Positions 46,900 through 54,434 of a stretch of 54,434 nucleotides of DNA are shown here, piece by piece (within the stretch, counting starts at the first letter, position 1; each line of letters opens with the position of its first letter). Source of the stretch: an archaeon (GTDB lineage: Archaea > Nanobdellota > Nanobdellia > Pacearchaeales > GW2011-AR1); assembly GCA_043815245.1 (NCBI GenBank), contig JBDRJD010000044.1, forward strand, positions 1 to 54,434, written 5' to 3'. Both the position numbers and the translations under genes were made by a program. The notes beneath the pieces were generated by a model. It saw nothing but the letters and a program-made list of their open reading frames with translations, was not told the origin of the DNA and made no database searches.

Positions 46900-48607
46900 C
46901 TTTAACTTTCCTCTTAATTGCAGAAATTTCTCCTAGTATCTTTTTTTCTTCTCCAGAAAGCAAATCTTTATTTTTCTTAAATTCACGGAATTGAGATTCG
47001 CCCATATCTGAGTAGAGAAAATCTATATTTTTTAACTGTCTATCAAAAGTAACTCCTGGAAGGGAGATTGCAATCTCTTTTCCAGATGAAGCTTCTTCTA
47101 CTGACTTATTATCAGCTTGAATTGCTTTAATTCTTGCTACCTTTTTACCATCTTGGTCAATTAGATGAATATCCTTTACTGCTTTTCCTCCTAAAACTTT
47201 TACTCCGAATATTGCTGGATTGGAATTATGGAAGACATATTCAGGAAGAATTTTTAGTTTACATATTGATGCTAGTTCCATAAGTTTTTCTTTTTCAATA
47301 TCCCCTTTCCGCGAAACTTGCCACTCTTGGAGGTTTTCAATCAGCTTGTAAACTACAGAATCTTTTAGAATTTTAACTTCTTTTTCAATATTCTTTGCTT
47401 CTTCATCTAATTCCACATTAAAGCCAACTACAACTGCGTGAAGCGGATTAATTTCTTCACTTGCTTTGGCGTTTGTAATATCCGATTTAGTTATGCTACC
47501 AATTTCTGCTTTTAGTATTTTAAATCTCGCTTCCTTTAAAAGTGTAAGAAGAGCTTCCAAACTTCCCAGAGAGTCTGCTTTTACTATGATTCCTTCTTTG
47601 TCTAACTTGATGTTTTCTGAAATTTCTTTTTTAAATTCTTTTTCTATTTGGGCCATATTGTCCTTGTATATTTGAAATGGCATTCCTGGAAGTATTTTTT
47701 CTTTTCCTGTAATTTGTATTCTTAGGCCTGTGGCTGCAGTTGCGTCTTTTACTGTTTTAAATTTAGCTGATAGGGGAAGGATTTCCTGTATTGACTTGAC
47801 TTTTACAACTACTGGTTCTGAAAAAGTTGCTACTGCTATTTCGTCGCCTACTTTTAAGTTTCCATCGTAGAGAATTGCTTCTATGTAGTTTATTGTCTTT
47901 TCTTTTTTTATTTCTAGGACTACTCCTTTTGCGTCTTTTGCTAAGGAGAGCTTTTTAGCTAGGAATTTTTGCGAAAGACCGCACATCATGCCCATTAGGT
48001 CTGATAGTCCTTCTCCAGTTCTTGCTGAGCAGGGAATTAGCGCTATTTTTTTTGTAAAGTCAGGAATATTGTAAAATATATCGCAATCGAATCCGTGAGA
48101 TTGAAGACTGCCTATTAGGGTGAAAAGTTTTTCATCGAAGTCTTGCTTTACATTTATTGCCTGACTGTTTATGCTCTTTCTTAAATCACTTGACTGAGTT
48201 TTCCAACCTGATATTTGATCGATTTTGTTTAGGGCGATTATAAAGGGAGTTTTGTTTGCTTTTAGAATTTGGAATACTTCTGCTGTTTGTGGCTTTATGC
48301 CTTCGTTTATGTCTATTACTAAGATGGCTAGGTCTGCTAGGCTTCCACCACGTTTTCTTAAATTTGTGAATGCTGCGTGTCCGGGGGTGTCTATGAATAG
48401 AAGTCCTGGAATTTGTATCTGCGTGAAGTATTTGTCTATTACAAAACACTGCCTGATTTTTTCTGTTGGAAAGAGAGTGAAAGAGATTTTTTGTGTTATT
48501 CCGCCTGCTTCTTTTGATGCTACAGAGGTCTCTCTAAGTTTGTCAAGAATTGAAGTCTTGCCGTGGTCTACGTGACCTGCAATTGTGATGATTGGTTGTC
48601 TTATCAT
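46883..48607 (-). CDS. infB: Translation initiation factor IF-2 (aIF5B)
   Basis: IRQPI...GHVDHGKTS, EAGGITQ, FIDTPGHAAFTNLRKRGG, NKID and KADSLGSLEAL. Confidence 0.96.
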   Translation of the reverse strand: MIRQPIITIAGHVDHGKTSILDKLRETSVASKEAGGITQKISFTLFPTEKIRQCFVIDKYFTQIQIPGLLFIDTPGHAAFTNLRKRGGSLADLAILVIDINEGIKPQTAEVFQILKANKTPFIIALNKIDQISGWKTQSSDLRKSINSQAINVKQDFDEKLFTLIGSLQSHGFDCDIFYNIPDFTKKIALIPCSARTGEGLSDLMGMMCGLSQKFLAKKLSLAKDAKGVVLEIKKEKTINYIEAILYDGNLKVGDEIAVATFSEPVVVKVKSIQEILPLSAKFKTVKDATAATGLRIQITGKEKILPGMPFQIYKDNMAQIEKEFKKEISENIKLDKEGIIVKADSLGSLEALLTLLKEARFKILKAEIGSITKSDITNAKASEEINPLHAVVVGFNVELDEEAKNIEKEVKILKDSVVYKLIENLQEWQVSRKGDIEKEKLMELASICKLKILPEYVFHNSNPAIFGVKVLGGKAVKDIHLIDQDGKKVARIKAIQADNKSVEEASSGKEIAISLPGVTFDRQLKNIDFLYSDMGESQFREFKKNKDLLSGEEKKILGEISAIKRKVKVTWGV

Positions 48608-48622
48608 TGTATATTATATAGC

Positions 48623-48647
48623 ATAATAGTGTTTTTAAATATTAATA
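48623..48647. repeat. 25-bp promoter-like direct repeat, copy 1 (ATAATAGTGTTTTTAAATATTAATA)
   Basis: Identical to 49126-49150. Confidence 0.8.
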
Positions 48648-48662
48648 ATAATAATAAGCTTT

Positions 48663-49106
48663 ATGAACAGTATTAATTTATGTGAATTTTTATGTGCTTT
48701 ACATGATAATCCAGATGCTAGGAAGGATTTTGAAGCAATTACTTTGAAAATTGCTGATAATTCTCAAAAAGGGGCTCCGGATTCAGATGGTTTTCAGCGT
48801 GTTTTTGATATTAATTTTGCTACTCAATATCAGTTGCCTTTTTTTATAATGAATAATTCTGGAATTTGGGAGGAAATTGGGGAGACAAATCCTGATAATA
48901 TTTGCCAGGCTTTTTTACCTATGAATTCTAAAGGAATTTATGGGATGTATATTAATGCTTTTCAGAAACTTGAAAGAAAAAGAGCTTATGAAAAACAAAC
49001 TGGGCATGCTATTAGGGACTGGGCTGAATCTCAGAATGATTTGGCTGTTGAAATAGCTGATTGGTACGCTAAGCATGTTGAAAAGAAGCCTGCTGAATCT
49101 AGATAA
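48663..49106 (+). CDS. Hypothetical protein (paralog of 49591..50052)
   Basis: Shared RKDF, FI.N..G.W, G.Y and W...Q..LA..I..W pattern. Confidence 0.7.
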   Translation: MNSINLCEFLCALHDNPDARKDFEAITLKIADNSQKGAPDSDGFQRVFDINFATQYQLPFFIMNNSGIWEEIGETNPDNICQAFLPMNSKGIYGMYINAFQKLERKRAYEKQTGHAIRDWAESQNDLAVEIADWYAKHVEKKPAESR

Positions 49107-49125
49107 TTCAAGTGTATTCTCTATA

Positions 49126-49150
49126 ATAATAGTGTTTTTAAATATTAATA
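49126..49150. repeat. 25-bp promoter-like direct repeat, copy 2
   Basis: Identical to 48623-48647. Confidence 0.8.
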
Positions 49151-49154
49151 GTTT

Positions 49155-49547
49155 GTGTTTTTAATGAATGGAGTAAGATTAAATTATACGACTCATGTAT
49201 CTCATCAGAAAGGTTGTGAAATGAGGGACATGAAATCCTTATACGCGGGTAAGGATTTGCTTAGTGAAACTAAAAGGACTATTGAAAGGGAGTGGAATTA
49301 TGGGGGGGCGGTAAGGTCTAGGATTAGAGGTAATGATGAAACCTCAATTAATTTTTTTAAAGATAATTCCTATGTAAGATTCTTTTTCCACTGGGGTAAC
49401 CAAAAAAATAGAGATGATATGCACGTGGGTGTTTTTGCCTCTGGAACTGCTGAAGAGCTAGAAGTTATGGTGAAGGGTTTTAATTTACCTTTTGACTCTG
49501 CGATGATTTTAGAAGCAGACGAGGATGATGGTTTCCCGATAATGTAA
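49155..49547 (+). CDS. Hypothetical protein
   Basis: C-terminal NLPFD..MILE resembles 53055..53435. Confidence 0.65.
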   Translation: MFLMNGVRLNYTTHVSHQKGCEMRDMKSLYAGKDLLSETKRTIEREWNYGGAVRSRIRGNDETSINFFKDNSYVRFFFHWGNQKNRDDMHVGVFASGTAEELEVMVKGFNLPFDSAMILEADEDDGFPIM

Positions 49548-49590
49548 TTGTATATTCTAGTGTAAAAGTATTTTTAAAGCTTGATATTAT

Positions 49591-50052
49591 GTGTTTTTTA
49601 TGGACTTAACTGATATTATAAGTACTAAAGCACTGAAAATAGCTTTAAGCTTTGATGATGATCTAAGAAAGGACTTTGATGGCTTAGTTTGCAGAATGGC
49701 TGGTATTGGTAAGAGGCATCCGATGCTTGATGATCTCCCTGAAGTAAAAATTGCTGAACGTAAAATTCTTTATTTTATAGCTAATCATGTTGGAATGTGG
49801 AAAGATACTGAAAGAGATTGGACTTTACAGTGGGGATTAAATAATAAAGCTGGTGTTTATGATGATTATCATTTTGGAGGTAGTGTATTGAATTCATTTA
49901 AAGCTTATGAGCAATTATGGGCTAGTAGGAAGCATACTGGCAGCAATAAAGGAAACTGGTATAAGATGCAGGATGAGCTTGCTGATTATATTAATTTATG
50001 GACTCCAAAAGATGCTATTTATTACCAGGACATACCAGAAGACCATGACTAG
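49591..50052 (+). CDS. Hypothetical protein (paralog of 48663..49106)
   Basis: Same shared motifs as 48663..49106. Confidence 0.7.
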   Translation: MFFMDLTDIISTKALKIALSFDDDLRKDFDGLVCRMAGIGKRHPMLDDLPEVKIAERKILYFIANHVGMWKDTERDWTLQWGLNNKAGVYDDYHFGGSVLNSFKAYEQLWASRKHTGSNKGNWYKMQDELADYINLWTPKDAIYYQDIPEDHD

Positions 50053-50133
50053 ACAAGTTCTAAAAGAACTTGTAGTAGAGGGCGTATCTTCGATACACTA
50101 CTTCAACCAAAGACTGTTGATATCTGGACAAGT
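50049..50133. other. Three-hairpin structured intergenic segment flanked by a direct repeat
   Basis: ACAAGTTCT/AGAACTTGT, AGTAG..GTAT-CTTCG-ATAC..CTACT and TCAAC/GTTGA; flanked by CT(A/G)GACAAGT. Confidence 0.5.
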
Positions 50134-50136
50134 AAA

Positions 50137-50484
50137 ATGGCAAAATTAACAGTGAGATATAATCATAGAAATAGAAAATATCATTTTGTTCTTGAGGGTC
50201 CTAAGGAATTAGGAGTTGATGCTTGGACTAAGAGTAAGGATGGGCTGATTCCAATTGCTGTTAACTACTATCTTAAAGCTATGGACGCTTCTTTAAGGAA
50301 AGAGGATCCTATTCCATTTGAAAAAATTGAGCTTACTATTGAAGGTCTAGCTACTGGAGATAGTGAAGAGGATTTTGTAGAAAGGCTAACCCCTAGTAAA
50401 CTAGTTGGTTTTCTAGAAAAGCAGTTATCGAAAGTAAGAAAAATTGGGTTGCCTGAGGTGGTTTACGGAGGCGTTAATTCTTAA
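50137..50484 (+). CDS. Hypothetical protein (paralog of 50526..50915)
   Basis: MA.L....N.R, GL(I/V)P, IP(F/Y)E and GD shared. Confidence 0.7.
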   Translation: MAKLTVRYNHRNRKYHFVLEGPKELGVDAWTKSKDGLIPIAVNYYLKAMDASLRKEDPIPFEKIELTIEGLATGDSEEDFVERLTPSKLVGFLEKQLSKVRKIGLPEVVYGGVNS

Positions 50485-50525
50485 ATAGATTTTTAAAGTA
50501 CAAGAGAGTATATTATTAGGTAAAA

Positions 50526-50915
50526 ATGGCTGATTTAGTTCTTGGCTGTAATGAAAGAGGTGGTTACTTAGTTTCTGTAAAAGGTTTAGATAGTAGTGTA
50601 GCTGTTTCTGAAGATTACCCAGATTTATTTGGATTAGTCCCTGGGCAGCTTATTGCTCTTTACTTTTCAGCTTTAGGAAAATTAAATGGTGGAAAGATTC
50701 CTTATGAGCAGGTTAAATTTATTGTTGATTCTTACAGGGAAGGGGATGAAAGTCACTTAATAGACGCATTATTTTCTGTTGCTAATTTTAATCATGTAGA
50801 AGGTGAACATGAAAGAATCCAGTCTTGGTTACCTTACTTGGATGAAGATACACAAAGGATTTTTGCTACAGAGCGTTTTCCTTTTTTAGCAGGTGCATTT
50901 TCACTTGAATCATAA
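50526..50915 (+). CDS. Hypothetical protein (paralog of 50137..50484)
   Basis: Same shared motifs as 50137..50484. Confidence 0.7.
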   Translation: MADLVLGCNERGGYLVSVKGLDSSVAVSEDYPDLFGLVPGQLIALYFSALGKLNGGKIPYEQVKFIVDSYREGDESHLIDALFSVANFNHVEGEHERIQSWLPYLDEDTQRIFATERFPFLAGAFSLES

Positions 50916-50941
50916 TATTTATATATTCTAGTTTTAAAAGA

Positions 50942-53002
50942 GTGATAATGAATTTAGTGAATTTGGAAGAGGTGCTTGGGGAAAATACTGGGTTTGGGGA
51001 ATTTCGGAAACATCAGAAAGGAATTATTAGGAATATTTTGGAAGGTAGGGATATTATTAGTGTGCTTCCAACAGGCTATGGGAAATCGCTTTGTTATCAG
51101 TTACCTGCGGTTTTTCAAGATGGGCTGACTGTTGTTATTTCACCACTTGTCTCACTTATGAGAGATCAAGTAGAACATCTTTCTCAAACTAAGATTAAAG
51201 GAGCGTTTATTGATTCTTTATTAAGTGAAGAAGAATATGATGAACAAGCAAGAGCGGTTAGGTCAGGGGAAGCTAAGATATTATATGTTTCTCCAGAAAG
51301 ATTGTTAAACAATAAATTTTATGAGCTTGTTTCTGGCTTAGAAGTTAGTTCTTTAGTTGTTGATGAAGCTCATTGTGTAAGTACCTGGGGGCATGATTTT
51401 AGATGGTGTTATCAGAAAATACCAGAAGCTAGGAAAATGTTAGCAAATCCTCCCTTAGCTGCTTTTACTGCAACTGCTTCTCCCTTTGTAATGGAAGACA
51501 TTCTTGGAATGTTAGACATTAGAGATGCTATCAGAGTGACTGAAAGTGTTGATAGGCCTAATCTGGAGTTTGAAATTGAGGTTTTGGAAGATAGAGCTGA
51601 AAAAACTGAAAGATTGATTGAAATGTTAAGAGAAATTGAAAAAGGAGAAGGGTCTAATATTGTCTATTGTGCAAGGGTTAGTTCTGTAGAGCAGTTAGTT
51701 AGAGTAGCTGAAAAAGAGGGCCTTGGGGCGGAGAGGTATCATGGGAGAATGAATAGAGAGGAGAGGTTAATCGCCCAGAAAAGATTTATGAATAATAGAG
51801 TGAAGATTCTTTTTGCTACTAAAGCGTTTGGAATGGGTATTGACAAGCCAGATATTAGAAATGTTATTCACTTTGAAGTCCCTGAATCTTTAGAGTTTTA
51901 TTATCAAGAAGCTGGGAGAGCTGGGAGAGATGGCAAGCCTGCTAGGTGTTCTTTGCTGTATAGTTCTAGGGATAAACAGCTCCAGGCGAGTTTTATTAGA
52001 GACAATAATCCGAGTTTAGATTTTATTGCTGGTGTTTATGATATGCTTTGGAATGTGGTTAAGGAGGAAGAAAGGGAAAAAGAAAATCCTGAGAGGCATT
52101 TTACTACTTATAATTTTATGAGGGTTTTTTCAAGGTATAGTCAAAATTATCAAAATAAAGTTAGATCGTCTCTTGCTAGGCTGCAGGAGTTTGGGGTGAT
52201 TTCTGTTTTAGGAAAGACTATGACTTTTTTGAAAAAGCCAGAGGAGTTAAAGGGCTGGCTTCCTGAGTTTGAAGAGGTTTTAAAGGTTAAGAAAGAAAGG
52301 GGGATGGAAAATGTGAGATTAATGGTTAGGTATGCTACTTCTGGAGAAAATCCTAGACAGATGATTTTAGCTCATTTTGAAAAAGATCCTGATTCAAGAA
52401 AAGAAGATGCCAGAAGTGTAGATTTAGCCGCAGATTATAGATTGGAGGTGTTATCTGAAATTGCTGCTACTAATTATGAGAAGAAAAGGCTTTCTGGGAT
52501 TTTAAAAGGAAGCTATAGTGGGAGGTTTTCTCAGGGTGCTTTAAGTGATTTAACCTTGTTTGATATTGATCATGCAATCGGGTTTTTAATTGATGAAGGA
52601 AGTCTAAGAGAAGTGGATTGTAAAACTAAGGGCGTTGTTGCTTTGACTGAAAACGGAATTGAGTTACTTGAAGAAGCTGGAAGACCGTATCAAGATTCAG
52701 TTAAATATACCGAGTTTAAGAGGAGGATGTATAATTTTAGGGAAATGGAAGTTTTAGGGAGATTATTAAGACCATGGTATGATTTACAGGCAGAGAAAAA
52801 TCATACTTTCCAGGAGTGGTTTGATTCTATGGAGGGTTTATTTTATGAACGGTTTGAAGTTTGCGGAAAGGATGTTAATGGGTATAGACTTTTTCAAGAC
52901 TATATGAGATTAGAACCAAGTCAGAAGCCACATAGAGATAAAGCTTATTATGTTTTGTGTGATGTTCTGGGAGAGAAAGCTGTGGAGAAAGAGGCTGATT
53001 AG
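50942..53002 (+). CDS. recQ: RecQ-family ATP-dependent DNA helicase
   Basis: LPTGYGKSLCYQLP, YVSPERL, VDEAHCVSTWGHDFR, TATA, AFGMGIDKPDIR and YYQEAGRAGRDG. Confidence 0.93.
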   Translation: MIMNLVNLEEVLGENTGFGEFRKHQKGIIRNILEGRDIISVLPTGYGKSLCYQLPAVFQDGLTVVISPLVSLMRDQVEHLSQTKIKGAFIDSLLSEEEYDEQARAVRSGEAKILYVSPERLLNNKFYELVSGLEVSSLVVDEAHCVSTWGHDFRWCYQKIPEARKMLANPPLAAFTATASPFVMEDILGMLDIRDAIRVTESVDRPNLEFEIEVLEDRAEKTERLIEMLREIEKGEGSNIVYCARVSSVEQLVRVAEKEGLGAERYHGRMNREERLIAQKRFMNNRVKILFATKAFGMGIDKPDIRNVIHFEVPESLEFYYQEAGRAGRDGKPARCSLLYSSRDKQLQASFIRDNNPSLDFIAGVYDMLWNVVKEEEREKENPERHFTTYNFMRVFSRYSQNYQNKVRSSLARLQEFGVISVLGKTMTFLKKPEELKGWLPEFEEVLKVKKERGMENVRLMVRYATSGENPRQMILAHFEKDPDSRKEDARSVDLAADYRLEVLSEIAATNYEKKRLSGILKGSYSGRFSQGALSDLTLFDIDHAIGFLIDEGSLREVDCKTKGVVALTENGIELLEEAGRPYQDSVKYTEFKRRMYNFREMEVLGRLLRPWYDLQAEKNHTFQEWFDSMEGLFYERFEVCGKDVNGYRLFQDYMRLEPSQKPHRDKAYYVLCDVLGEKAVEKEAD

Positions 53003-53054
53003 AGGAAGTTAGAATATATCTAAATACAGATATTCTTTTAAACTTTCATTACTA

Positions 53055-53435
53055 ATGAAGAATATGAAGGGCAAACATTTAATTTATGTTTCAGAAAATA
53101 TTCCTGAAATTTCTTCAAGCAAAGATAAAGCTATTTGTGTAAAGCCTGAGCAACTTGAAGGTGCTTGGGGTGTTCTTGAAGAAAGGGCAGTTCAGGGCCC
53201 GACAATGTTTGGTAAATGTGATATAAGACAAACTCCATTTAATTTAGACGGAACACTTGTAACTTTAGGTACAACTGAAGGAAGAGTGCCTAATCATATT
53301 TGTTTGTCTGCTATTTTAGAAAAAGATTTAAGTCAAGCAAGTAAAGCCCTCAATTTACCTTATGATCGGAAAATGGTGGTTGAAGGTGAATCTCCCCCCC
53401 ATATTTATGGAGCAATCCCTTCTTATCACATATAA
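53055..53435 (+). CDS. Hypothetical protein
   Basis: C-terminal NLPYD..MVVE resembles 49155..49547. Confidence 0.65.
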   Translation: MKNMKGKHLIYVSENIPEISSSKDKAICVKPEQLEGAWGVLEERAVQGPTMFGKCDIRQTPFNLDGTLVTLGTTEGRVPNHICLSAILEKDLSQASKALNLPYDRKMVVEGESPPHIYGAIPSYHI

Positions 53436-53469
53436 AAATCCTTAAATACTAATTTTCTTTATTCTTTTT

Positions 53470-53757
53470 ATGATAAATGATTATGACTTAGAGCTAGATA
53501 AGGTAGCTGAGAAAATTAAGAAAGAAAAAGCTAAGACTGTATTATTGCAGTTTCCTGACGGTTTAAAGCCGAAAGCGACTGAAGTTGTAGACTACTTAGA
53601 AGAAAAATGCAAGGGAGTGACTTTTTTAATTTGGCTTGGCTCTTGTTTTGGTGCGTGTGATGTTCCTCAAGTGCCTGAGAAGGATATTGACTTGATTGTG
53701 CAGTTTGGGCATTCTCCCTGGAAGTTTAAGGATAAGGATATTAAAGTTGTAAAATGA
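53470..53757 (+). CDS. Diphthamide synthesis Dph2 N-terminal domain only (95 aa)
   Basis: LLQFPDGLK, SCFGACD and VQFGHS. Confidence 0.85.
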   Translation: MINDYDLELDKVAEKIKKEKAKTVLLQFPDGLKPKATEVVDYLEEKCKGVTFLIWLGSCFGACDVPQVPEKDIDLIVQFGHSPWKFKDKDIKVVK

Positions 53758-53945
53758 TTGAAGAGATTTTAGATTATATTAAAGATAGAAACCCTAGTGA
53801 ATTAATTCTAGAGGGAACGTTCTGGGGATGCTGCGCTTATATTACGATTGGATGTGGCCTAGAGATAGTAAATCGATATAGAGAAAAGAGGGGTTATGAG
53901 AAAAGCCTACCTCAGCAAGAAGAGTTTGATTTTAAGTATGATTAA
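53754..53945 (+). CDS. Small hypothetical protein
   Basis: ATGA overlap with the previous gene; one hydrophobic stretch. Confidence 0.5.
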   Translation: MIEEILDYIKDRNPSELILEGTFWGCCAYITIGCGLEIVNRYREKRGYEKSLPQQEEFDFKYD

Positions 53946-53952
53946 CGTTTTC

Positions 53953-54264
53953 TCATCCTACTCTAAATTGTAGTTTTTTTGCGTCACATCTATCTCTTTC
54001 TATACAAACAGAATTACAGTAGTTTGCTCTAAAATCAGCAGCAAATTGATCAAAATAACAGTCAAGAAATTCCTGCTGTGCAGTTGTCCATCCAATATCA
54101 TTTCCTACTGCTTTACTTCTATACCACTTATGTGTGTCTATTGCTACTCTTAATTCATTTCTTTGAGCTTCTAAAGAAGGAGTTAGTTGAGTGCAGGATT
54201 TAATCCTTCCATTTTCAGTTTCATAATGCTTGAATATTTCAGGGTCTGCATGAATATTTATCAT
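53953..54264 (-). CDS. DUF4032-like small protein with Cys motifs
   Basis: AI..HKWY.S...G.DIGW..A...F motif; C-terminal C...C....C. Likely start MINIHAD at 54264. Confidence 0.6.
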   Translation of the reverse strand: MINIHADPEIFKHYETENGRIKSCTQLTPSLEAQRNELRVAIDTHKWYRSKAVGNDIGWTTAQQEFLDCYFDQFAADFRANYCNSVCIERDRCDAKKLQFRVG

Positions 54265-54291
54265 GGTCTGCATGAATATTTATCATGGTCT
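54243..54291. repeat. 22-bp tandem duplication GGTCTGCATGAATATTTATCAT x2 (+GGTCT)
   Basis: Read directly; spans the start codon of the minus-strand gene. Confidence 0.9.
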
Positions 54292-54434
54292 AGATATCTT
54301 AGATTTTAAAATTTAGAGACTTTAACACTAGTTAAATGAGTTTATACTTATATAGGACAATGGGATAAATATCAAAGATATAAAGTTACTTATGTAATAG
54401 ATAATTAAAGTTATACTATTACAAATAGAAAGAT

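Noticed and set aside
301-48575. Many 60-140 aa ORFs antisense to or nested in long genes (e.g. 8080..8454, 13624..13950, 36071..36421, 48225..48575)
   Set aside because: Shadow ORFs of well-supported genes, with no recognisable motifs.
49907-50149. 80-aa ORF bridging two orphans
   Set aside because: It mostly overlaps 49591..50052 in another frame, and its remainder coincides with the hairpin-rich spacer.

Overview
AT-rich archaeal chromosomal DNA, most likely from a DPANN lineage (Pacearchaeota/Woesearchaeota-like; this is inferred from archaeal ribosomal and translation genes, intron-containing tRNAs, a short Dph2 gene, gyrase and many orphan ORFs). 1-11.2 kb: a divergent de novo purine cluster (split purH, purS-purL fusion, purQ, purD, purE-like, purB, purC, purM). 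11.7-12.5 kb: two intron-containing tRNAs, Glu(UUC) and Ile(UAU). 12.6-19.3 kb: housekeeping and small genes (YchF, MBL hydrolase, Nudix, DUF167, DUF192, nucleotidyltransferase, Kae1). 19.3-27.1 kb: two giant Cys/Asn-rich beta-helix surface proteins. 27.3-38.5 kb: rpl7ae-rps28e-rpl24e, gyrB-HAD-gyrA, aIF2-gamma and rps6e, with orphans inserted. 38.5-46.9 kb: an opposite-strand island between rps6e and infB carrying GT2, a degenerate PolB-like exonuclease, and an operon of an unannotated Zn-ribbon microprotein, MoxR AAA+, an unknown protein, an HExxH-vWA protein and a methyltransferase. 48.6-54.4 kb: paralogous orphan pairs, RecQ and a Dph2 fragment. The most striking unexplained signal is a three-copy, AT-bounded, double-hairpin non-coding element with compensatory base changes (27221-27329, 28917-28985, 34406-34524). 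Excising copy 3 in silico restores an alternative C-terminus of the gene it overlaps, which suggests a small mobile structured element.
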